DNA of 14,979 nucleotides from Methanomicrobiales archaeon (GTDB taxonomy: Archaea > Halobacteriota > Methanomicrobia > Methanomicrobiales > Methanospirillaceae), in assembly GCA_037137755.1 (NCBI GenBank), contig JBAXJR010000053.1, positions 1 through 14,979 of the forward strand, in the 5' to 3' direction. The notes under the pieces are model-generated. The model did no database searches, was not told the DNA's origin, and worked only from the letters and a program-made list of their open reading frames with translations. The stretch's first letter is position 1. Each line of letters begins with the position of its first letter. Shown piece after piece: positions 9,113-14,979 of the stretch. Position numbers and translations under genes: made by a program.

Positions 9113-10462
9113 TCATTTTTTGCCGGAAACGCGGGAACTGTTCATTACTACCAGTACCGCTGCAATGATCGGGGCGGCTGTGACGGGAAACATCCCGGAA
9201 GGAGTGGTTGCAGCGGGTGTCGGTGTCGGGACTGGTGTAAGAGCTGCGGATATAAGGGCACTCTGACCGGGCGAAAGCTGAATCATGGTAGAATAGTCAG
9301 AATATCCGGTCATCCGGATGGAAAGCGTGTGTTTTCCCACAGGGACTGAAGGAAGCGTGAGTGGGGTAATTCCCTGCAGTGCATTATCAAGAAACACGGA
9401 CGCACCGGAAGGGACCGAGATTATCTCGACCGATGCGTAGGGGGCCGGGTTTGGACTCCCGGCAAGATTTGCGGATATCGTCGACGTCATACCAGCCACA
9501 ATTTCCACAGTTTCAGAATATCCCTGGTAGTTGGAAAGTTTCAGCTCGACTGAATGAGGCCCCGGGGCGATCCCGGTAAAGGTGGTCAGCTCGCCTGCAT
9601 GGGTAACCCCGTTGTAGGTACCGTCAATATAAATACCCGCTCCGGCAGGATCTGAAGAAATACGGATGTTTCCGGTTGTAGGCTCTGTAAAGGGGACGAG
9701 GGTGAAGGAGAGGTAGGTAGTTGTTCCCTCTTCAATTATCACCTTCCCGTTGATGTCCTGGTATCCATAATGTTTCAGGACGACGACGTGGGTTCCCGTG
9801 GCGATACTCCCTACAACGGTTGAGGTTTTACCCTTATAGATATCGTCGATATAGAGATCGGCACCCCCCGGGGAGGTTACTACCTGTAATGCACCGGTAC
9901 TCGTCAGTGGATACAGGTATGCAGTAACCTCGGTGGTCTGGCCCGCAACAACCTCCACCGGCCCTGAGTAAGGGGTGAATCCCGAAAGAAATGCCTGGAT
10001 AACATGTCCTCCTACAGGGACGCTGGTATAGATCCAGGGGGACATCTGTCCCATGGTCCCATCGAGATTCACCAGGGCTCCTGTCGGGCTGGATATAACT
10101 TGTATCGATCCTGTGGCCTCTGTTGGTTGCAGTGGTGCAAAAACAGGAATTCTCTGGCCTGCAACAGGGTTTTGGGAGTATGACTCGGTCCAGGTAATAT
10201 ACCCGATCTTCGAAACGCTGATGGTGTGGCCAGGTGTGCTTGAACTGAATACCGGGACCGTTATGGGAGTTTCGCCGACAAATCTCCCGTCAAATACGAC
10301 GTCAGCCCCGTTAGGGCTGGAACCAACTTGGTAGTACCCATAATCACCGGAAGGCTGGTCGGGAACCTGCCCTAACACATCCGCAATTACTCCTGCCTGG
10401 CTGAAAAAGAAGATACCGGCTATCAAAAATAACCGGAAAAGTGTTTTGGATCCGGACTGCAT
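9113..10462 (-). CDS. PEGA-domain cell-surface protein (five PEGA repeats)
   Basis: Signal peptide, then five repeats of (T/Y)G.(I/L).V.S.P.GA.V.(L/I)DG...G.TP.....V..G.H.......GY..Y, a PTPTP linker, a C-terminal hydrophobic anchor and a basic tail. A strong RBS (GGTGAGGTG) lies upstream. Confidence 0.9.
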   Translation of the reverse strand: MQSGSKTLFRLFLIAGIFFFSQAGVIADVLGQVPDQPSGDYGYYQVGSSPNGADVVFDGRFVGETPITVPVFSSSTPGHTISVSKIGYITWTESYSQNPVAGQRIPVFAPLQPTEATGSIQVISSPTGALVNLDGTMGQMSPWIYTSVPVGGHVIQAFLSGFTPYSGPVEVVAGQTTEVTAYLYPLTSTGALQVVTSPGGADLYIDDIYKGKTSTVVGSIATGTHVVVLKHYGYQDINGKVIIEEGTTTYLSFTLVPFTEPTTGNIRISSDPAGAGIYIDGTYNGVTHAGELTTFTGIAPGPHSVELKLSNYQGYSETVEIVAGMTSTISANLAGSPNPAPYASVEIISVPSGASVFLDNALQGITPLTLPSVPVGKHTLSIRMTGYSDYSTMIQLSPGQSALISAALTPVPTPTPAATTPSGMFPVTAAPIIAAVLVVMNSSRVSGKK

Positions 10463-10463
10463 C

Positions 10464-10482
10464 GGTACACCTCACCTGTACC
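10464..10482 (-). promoter_or_regulatory. RBS of the PEGA gene inside a 6-bp hairpin
   Basis: The minus strand reads GGTACA-GGTGAGG-TGTACC-G-ATG: a perfect 6-bp stem with the SD-like GGTGAGG in the loop. Confidence 0.55.
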
Positions 10483-10728
10483 ACGGACTTCGTTTCACTG
10501 ATTAATAAATTACTGCCATTTCTTTCGGGTGATATGGACTCTATAAAAAAACGTGTATGAAGCCAGATGTCTTCTCACCGAAGAAATGAAAATTTTAAAG
10601 GCCATTTTTTTACACCCATTGCGTTGTTGGATCAAAAATTTAATATGAAAATGTCCCTTCTTGGTATTCAATTTTCATCATGTATGCTTGTGGCCCTTTG
10701 GCATCATGTACGTTTTCATGACAAAAGG

Positions 10729-10752
10729 TCCCGGTAAAATTCCGGGAAAAAA
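10729..10752. terminator. TCCCGG/CCGGGA hairpin flanked by A tracts
   Basis: tcccgg-taaaatt-ccggga, with aaaa upstream and an A6 run downstream on the + strand. It could terminate the minus-strand small ORF at 10843-10977. Confidence 0.35.
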
Positions 10753-10842
10753 GATCGTCACCCGGTGTTTATTGATGTAATCCTAAATCCATCGTACTGG
10801 TTTGCTGGTATGCCAGAACCTCACCCCTGCTTCTTCCAGGGC

Positions 10843-10977
10843 TCAGCTCCGCCGTTGCGGCGGCCCAGGTTTGGATAGATCCTGTTTCCGTAATCTCTGA
10901 AACTTCATGGGACTCCTGCCCGGAGAATATCTTTCCAGGGGTTGGACAGGAACGGGGTGAAACCGTCTCATTTCCAT
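10843..10977 (-). CDS. Small basic hypothetical protein (44 aa), possibly frameshifted
   Basis: MEMRRFHPVPVQPLERYSPGRSPMKFQRLRKQDLSKPGPPQRRS. It is preceded by an RBS-like GTGGTGGT and by a TATA-like CTATATGAA at about 11036-11044. No family recognised. Confidence 0.35.
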   Translation of the reverse strand: MEMRRFHPVPVQPLERYSPGRSPMKFQRLRKQDLSKPGPPQRRS

Positions 10978-11300
10978 GTAACCACCACTTTTTTGGGATA
11001 TCGAGAGGGCATCAACAGCGCTGCCAGCGCAATAATTCATATAGGTGATCCCGGGTGTAAAAAAAACCCGGGCATAGTAGTAACGTAACCAGGGTACTCC
11101 TGCGGCCTGTCAGGGTTGAAGGTTCCGTTGTAGTATAAACCTGGAGATATCGGTCGGCTTTTGTGAACAGTATACGCGCATGCTACTTTTTAACTAATTA
11201 AACAATTATTTGGAGATAAACGAGAAAAAACCGGGATGTTCTGTAAAAAACCGGGTTAATGAGATCATAGTATTATTCCATTATTGCTTCAATAAACCGG

Positions 11301-11470
11301 TATTATAAAAAAATAAAGGGTTTCCACTGAAATATATTAACAATATTATTTATATTAACTACAGTTTCAATAAAAAAAGTATAGTTAGTGATTATAACAT
11401 TTTTAATAATTTCAATAAAAAATATATTTTTTATTATAGATACATTTATTACATAAAATATAAAATATAC
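11301..11470. other. Extreme AT-rich tract (22 G+C in 170 nt, about 87% AT)
   Basis: Counted directly; the flanking coding sequence has roughly balanced GC. It contains TATATTAAC x2 (11333, 11351), TTTCAATAAAAAA x2 (11365, 11410), a mini-ORB-like box and a 22-bp palindrome. Confidence 0.9.
11414..11435. promoter_or_regulatory. Perfect 22-bp palindrome, candidate operator
   Basis: AATAAAAAATATATTTTTTATT is its own reverse complement. It lies just upstream of a TATA-like TTTATTA (11445-11451), which is about 25 nt before GTG 11475. Confidence 0.55.
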
Positions 11471-11474
11471 TCTT

Positions 11475-11651
11475 GTGGCAAAGACTGTCTCGGTGACAGA
11501 AGCGGCGTACGATGCGCTTGTATCCATAAAACGGGGAAAGATGACTTTTTCCGATGTGATCATGAGCATGTACAACGACCTGTACGGGACAGTGGACGAA
11601 GAAGAAGAAGAAAAAGATCAGAAGGCCAGGCCTGGGAGAATGAAGAGATGA
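11475..11651 (+). CDS. VapB/DUF217 (UPF0330)-like antitoxin or ribbon-helix-helix DNA-binding protein, 58 aa; absent from the ORF track
   Basis: The GTG start gives MAKTVSVTEAAYDALVSIKRGKMTFSDVIMSMYNDLYGTVDEEEEEKDQKARPGRMKR. The pattern KT(I/V).(I/V)...AY..L...K.....(S/T)FSDVI is the archaeal VapB-family antitoxin N-terminus. A TATA box sits at leaderless spacing, and the stop overlaps the next ATG (ATGA). Confidence 0.8.
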   Translation: MAKTVSVTEAAYDALVSIKRGKMTFSDVIMSMYNDLYGTVDEEEEEKDQKARPGRMKR

Positions 11652-11875
11652 CAGAGACCGACATCTCGGATATCAGCAACCTCCTGCATGATCTCGCCAC
11701 GTCGGGGACGATCACCATGAGCAAGGCAGATGATTTCATCTGGCTTCTCAAAATGAGGATCGCCCTGATGGAGATCGAATTCGGCGAGCAAGATGCTGAT
11801 CGCGCCTCACCTGCCCGTCCCAGCTGGCAATTCTATCGTCCAGTGCCCGGTGTAAACCCGGAAACGCCAGTCTGA
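11648..11875 (+). CDS. Hypothetical protein (75 aa), translationally coupled to the VapB-like gene
   Basis: ATGA overlap with the upstream gene. It has an amphipathic helical N-terminal half and a Pro-rich tail. It is too short for a PIN domain and has no PIN motif. Confidence 0.6.
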   Translation: MTETDISDISNLLHDLATSGTITMSKADDFIWLLKMRIALMEIEFGEQDADRASPARPSWQFYRPVPGVNPETPV

Positions 11876-11906
11876 CCACACCGCTCATCTCACACTGAAA
11901 AGATCG

Positions 11907-11933
11907 GTAAGCAAAGTAAGCAACGTAAGCAAG
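11907..11933. repeat. Tandem 9-bp direct repeat x3 (GTAAGCAAN)
   Basis: gtaagcaaa-gtaagcaac-gtaagcaag, read directly from the sequence. Confidence 0.9.
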
Positions 11934-12091
11934 AAGACCTTTCCTCAAAACGGGGTGCCCGGCCGCGGAAGAGCGGTCCCGGTTCCGGGTGCCCCCATAT
12001 TAGCAACCCGCCACTAGTTCATGGTTTTCTGCCTGATTTCCCAGAAAACTACCATCCGCTCTGCCGAATATAATACGTGAAGGTATGAGTT

Positions 12092-12119
12092 AAAAAAAGA
12101 TTTCCCGAAAAGCCGGGAT
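12092..12119 (-). terminator. Terminator of the ech operon
   Basis: The minus strand reads TCCCG-GCTTTT-CGGGA-AATC-TTTTTTT, starting about 10 nt after the echF stop. Confidence 0.65.
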
Positions 12120-12127
12120 AGTCTAAT

Positions 12128-12514
12128 TTAATCCTTTTTTTCCGCTGTATTCTCTGGTTTTGGTGGTTTCACATAGGTGATATGGAAGAGTTCAGCCCCT
12201 GGTCTTACTGTTACGGGGGGGATATAATGTGTGTCCATAGTGAGGCATTTTACCGGGCATGTCTCCACGCATGAATTGCATACGTTGCAACGGAGGCGGT
12301 TAATCTGCCAGGTCTTTTCTTTTGGTTCCACCCATATTGCCTGGCTCGGGCACTTTTTCTGGCATATCCTGCACGAAATGCACCTGCTCACATCGATTAC
12401 CACGTGTCCCCGTGACAGGGGTGTTATTTTTGCGGTTTTTACGGGATACATCAGGGTTGCAGGCTTTCGGAAGACACTCCTTGCAACAGTTCCAACCATC
12501 TCAAAAATTCCCAT
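12128..12514 (-). CDS. echF: Ech hydrogenase subunit F (2x[4Fe-4S] ferredoxin-like)
   Basis: Contains KPATLMYP...RGH, CISCRICQKKCP and CNVCNSCVETCP. Last gene of the ech operon. Confidence 0.93.
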   Translation of the reverse strand: MGIFEMVGTVARSVFRKPATLMYPVKTAKITPLSRGHVVIDVSRCISCRICQKKCPSQAIWVEPKEKTWQINRLRCNVCNSCVETCPVKCLTMDTHYIPPVTVRPGAELFHITYVKPPKPENTAEKKD

Positions 12515-12520
12515 TCCAGT

Positions 12521-13600
12521 TCACCTCTCCGCACACCCGATACACGGGTCTATTGAGTGGACAATTACTGGTACATCTGCAAGTTCGCAACCTTTCAGCA
12601 TCGCAACGAGCGGGGGGATATTTGTGAAGGTCGGTGTCCTGACACGGGACCTGACAAGGTTCTTTGTCCCGTTGCCTTTCAGGTAATGGACCAGTTCTCC
12701 CCGTGGCTGCTCAACCCGTGTGAAGTATTCACCGTCCGGCGCCCCGGTCACTTTTACTTCAACCGACCCGTCAGGGATCTTCTGCACGGCCTGCCGTATC
12801 AGGTCTATTGATACAAACATCTCCTTTGCCCGCACTGCACAACGGGCATAACAATCTCCCTGTGTCTCGACAACAGGTTCAAAGTTGAGTTTGGAAAACG
12901 CAGCATAACCAAGTTTCCTCGCATCTATTGACCACCCGCTTCCCCGGAGTGTCGGGCCCACCGCACCATACTCGTATGCCTCTTTCTTTGGCAGGATACC
13001 AACCCCGCAAAGCCGGGATTTGATTGAACTGTCCCTGAGGAACACCTCTGTCAGTTCTTTCATCTCTTTTTCAAGTTCATTGAGACCTGAGACCATCTGG
13101 TCAAGCTTTTCGCTACTGATGTCCCGCCTTACCCCGCCGACCTTGCAGGAGCCCTGGATGACCCGGCCACCCGTGGTCGCCTCCATATCATCGAGGATAT
13201 GCTCGCGGAGTCTCCATGCATTCATAAAGAGGTTTTCGAAACCGAGGACATCGGCAAATAACCCCAATGTCAGGAGATGGGAATGGAGCCTCGAGTACTC
13301 GCTCCAGATTGTCCTGAGGTATAAAGCCCTCTCAGGTACCTCGATTTTCATCATCCCTTCAACGCCCTGGCAATAGGCCAAGCCGTGGACAAATGAACAG
13401 ATACCACATATCCGCTCTGCCACGTAGACGTATTCGGTATACTCCCTGCGCTCAACCAGCTTCTCAAGTCCCCTGTGGACATAGCCGATTGACGGTATTA
13501 CATCGACGACAATCTCGTCCTCGAGCACGAGGTCCAGGTGGATCGGTTCGGGAAGTACCGGGTGCTGGGGCCCGAATGGTATAATTATCTGCCTGGACAT
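12521..13600 (-). CDS. echE: Ech [NiFe]-hydrogenase large subunit E (group 4)
   Basis: Contains GPQHP, GYVHRGLEK, the L1 motif ERICGIC, EQPRGE and a terminal L2 motif DPCIGCAER with no C-terminal extension. 359 aa. Confidence 0.96.
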   Translation of the reverse strand: MSRQIIIPFGPQHPVLPEPIHLDLVLEDEIVVDVIPSIGYVHRGLEKLVERREYTEYVYVAERICGICSFVHGLAYCQGVEGMMKIEVPERALYLRTIWSEYSRLHSHLLTLGLFADVLGFENLFMNAWRLREHILDDMEATTGGRVIQGSCKVGGVRRDISSEKLDQMVSGLNELEKEMKELTEVFLRDSSIKSRLCGVGILPKKEAYEYGAVGPTLRGSGWSIDARKLGYAAFSKLNFEPVVETQGDCYARCAVRAKEMFVSIDLIRQAVQKIPDGSVEVKVTGAPDGEYFTRVEQPRGELVHYLKGNGTKNLVRSRVRTPTFTNIPPLVAMLKGCELADVPVIVHSIDPCIGCAER

Positions 13601-13965
13601 GAGTCCTCCTCTTTTTTTGTATCAGTACTGAAAGGATATTTCACCGTCGTCCGGTACAATGTCCCTTTGAAATCAATGTTCATTCCCGTGACGCTGATCC
13701 CATAGAGGTCATGAATTTCATTCTCGTAGATGAAGGCCCCGAAATAAACTGCCGAGATACTTGGCAGGGTCCCGCCCTCCTGGAGTTCGATCCGCAGGTT
13801 TTCAAACCTGTAATCTTTATCGAAGCTATAATTGATCTCAAATTTTCCGTCTACCTTTGTGCACCCGATCTGGACAAGACGGTACCCGTCTTGAAAGAAC
13901 CGGGTTGTCCTGGCCAGGAGTTCGTCGATGGTGATCACGGTGATCGGTTGTTCTTCGTATTTCAT
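13585..13965 (-). CDS. echD: Ech hydrogenase subunit D (NuoC-like)
   Basis: Contains GYRLVQIGCT, YSFD and PSIS.VY.GAFIYENEIHDLYG. Lies between echC and echE. Confidence 0.92.
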   Translation of the reverse strand: MKYEEQPITVITIDELLARTTRFFQDGYRLVQIGCTKVDGKFEINYSFDKDYRFENLRIELQEGGTLPSISAVYFGAFIYENEIHDLYGISVTGMNIDFKGTLYRTTVKYPFSTDTKKEEDSCPGR

Positions 13966-14444
13966 TCTGTACCAGCCTCTCTGACTGCCGTATTAATCTC
14001 TGGTTTAACCGGGACTCCTGTAACCATGGCGGTACGTTTCTCTTCGAGTATCCCCAGCGACTTCACAATTCCGTCAATAATCGATTCAGGCCTTGCAGCG
14101 CAGCCCGGCACATAGACATCAACCGGGATCAGCTTATCGATACCTCCCATGACATTGTAGCACTCGCGGAACACACCGCCCGATGCCGCGCAGATACCTA
14201 TTGCCACGACCACTTTCGGGTCAGGGATCTGCTCATAAAGGTTTACCAGTACATCCTTATTCTCCTCGTTGATGGAGCCGGTTACGACAAAAATATCGGC
14301 ATGTTTTGGGTTTCCTGTATTGATGATCCCAAACCGCTCAACATCGTACATCGGGGTAAGGCAGGCAAGGATCTCAATATCACAGCCATTACAACTGCTT
14401 GCATTGTAGTGCAGGAGCCAGGGGGATTTTGACAGGTAGGTCAT
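13962..14444 (-). CDS. echC: Ech hydrogenase small subunit C (NuoB-like)
   Basis: Contains KSPW..H....SCNGCDIE, NPKHAD...VTG, GICAASGGVF and VDVYVPGCAARPE. I place the start at ATG 14444, which overlaps the echB stop. Confidence 0.95.
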   Translation of the reverse strand: MTYLSKSPWLLHYNASSCNGCDIEILACLTPMYDVERFGIINTGNPKHADIFVVTGSINEENKDVLVNLYEQIPDPKVVVAIGICAASGGVFRECYNVMGGIDKLIPVDVYVPGCAARPESIIDGIVKSLGILEEKRTAMVTGVPVKPEINTAVREAGTE

Positions 14445-14979
14445 TTCACAAACCCTCCGATAATATAGAGTGCAGTAAGGTTCAGGATTCCAAGTACAGC
14501 GGTGATTAACCAGCTGCTCTTCAGGGCAAGCGGCCATTTCACACGCGCAAAGGTATTGTCAATTAAGATCTCGAACACGTAGATGATTATTATCGCTATG
14601 ACGGCAATCACCGGGCTCCACGAGAAAAACAGGTACACGAACCCGAGGAGGAATATTGCCTCGTACCAGTGTGCAATCTCAATACTCCCAAGGGTGGGTC
14701 CTGAAAACTCTGTAGTGACTCCTTTCACCAGTTCCTGGTGGGCATGGTGTGATGTTGAGAGGTCAAAGGGGGACTTGCGGAGTTTCATGGTGAGGATATA
14801 GATAAACCCTGCAAAGAGCCCCGGGATAAAGACAATGAGCGGTATGTTCGAGGCTGCGATATCTGCAACATAGAAACTTTTCGTGACCATGTACATGCCT
14901 ACCGCAGCGAGTATGATAATCGGCTCACAGGCCATCAGCTGGATCAGCTCCCTTTCAGCACCCACATGGCTGTACGGGG
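14441..14979 (-). CDS. echB: Ech hydrogenase membrane subunit B (NuoH-like), 5' part outside the window
   Basis: The frame is open to the window end (PYSHVGAERELIQLMA.EP). It contains KLRKSPFDLSTSHHAHQELVKG..TEFSG and IDNT.AR.KW. Confidence 0.93.
   Translation of the reverse strand, partial: PYSHVGAERELIQLMACEPIIILAAVGMYMVTKSFYVADIAASNIPLIVFIPGLFAGFIYILTMKLRKSPFDLSTSHHAHQELVKGVTTEFSGPTLGSIEIAHWYEAIFLLGFVYLFFSWSPVIAVIAIIIIYVFEILIDNTFARVKWPLALKSSWLITAVLGILNLTALYIIGGFVK

Noticed and set aside
10822-10850. Similarity of CCCTGGAAGAAGCAG (minus strand), and of 11952-11976, to SRP RNA helix 8
   Set aside because: The conserved CAGG...GGAA...AGCAG internal-loop geometry and the rest of the roughly 300-nt SRP fold are missing.
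11288-11422. GTTTCAAT/TTCAATAAA motifs resembling CRISPR repeat ends next to an AT-rich leader
   Set aside because: The shared part is only 9-13 bp, spacing is irregular, there are no 30-37-bp repeats with unique spacers, and no cas genes are present.
11303-11575. 90-aa minus-strand ORF from the track
   Set aside because: It is antisense to the VapB-like gene, and its Ile/Asn/Phe-rich tail simply reflects the AT-rich tract.
11952-11997. tRNA or tRNA-fragment (att site) reading of GGGGTGC...GGTTCCGGGTGCCCCCA
   Set aside because: It is only about 45 nt, with no D or anticodon arms and no GTTCRANYC T-loop.
12521-12550. EchE lacking a cleavable C-terminal extension
   Set aside because: This is normal for Ech-type group 4 hydrogenases and not novel.
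331-14801. Numerous 60-190 aa ORFs antisense to or nested in the main genes
   Set aside because: They are shadow ORFs overlapping well-supported genes, with no recognisable motifs or expression signals.

Overview
This is a chromosomal window from a methanogenic archaeon, most likely Methanomicrobiales. The inference rests on the Ech hydrogenase, PEGA and S-layer-like surface proteins, and archaeal TATA and GGTGA-type signals. Left to right it holds: the end of a trp operon (partial trpB, trpA); a LysE-family exporter broken by a G8-tract frameshift and a TGG>TGA stop; an ABC-2 (NodI/NodJ-like) exporter pair; a lipoprotein with an S-layer-like Ig domain; a flippase; an MFS transporter; a DUF1249/DUF6908-like protein; a five-repeat PEGA surface protein; a poorly explained 1.65-kb stretch (10463-12127); and echB (partial), echC, echD, echE and echF. 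The 1.65-kb stretch is the most interesting part. It has an 87% AT tract carrying a mini-ORB-like box and a perfect 22-bp palindrome. It also has a 58-aa VapB/DUF217-like DNA-binding gene missing from the ORF track, coupled to an unknown 75-aa non-PIN ORF, followed by three 9-bp iteron-like repeats and GC-rich hairpins. This could be a non-canonical toxin-antitoxin or regulatory cassette, or the remnant of an integrated replicon. All family assignments come from recognising motifs by eye; no database search was run.
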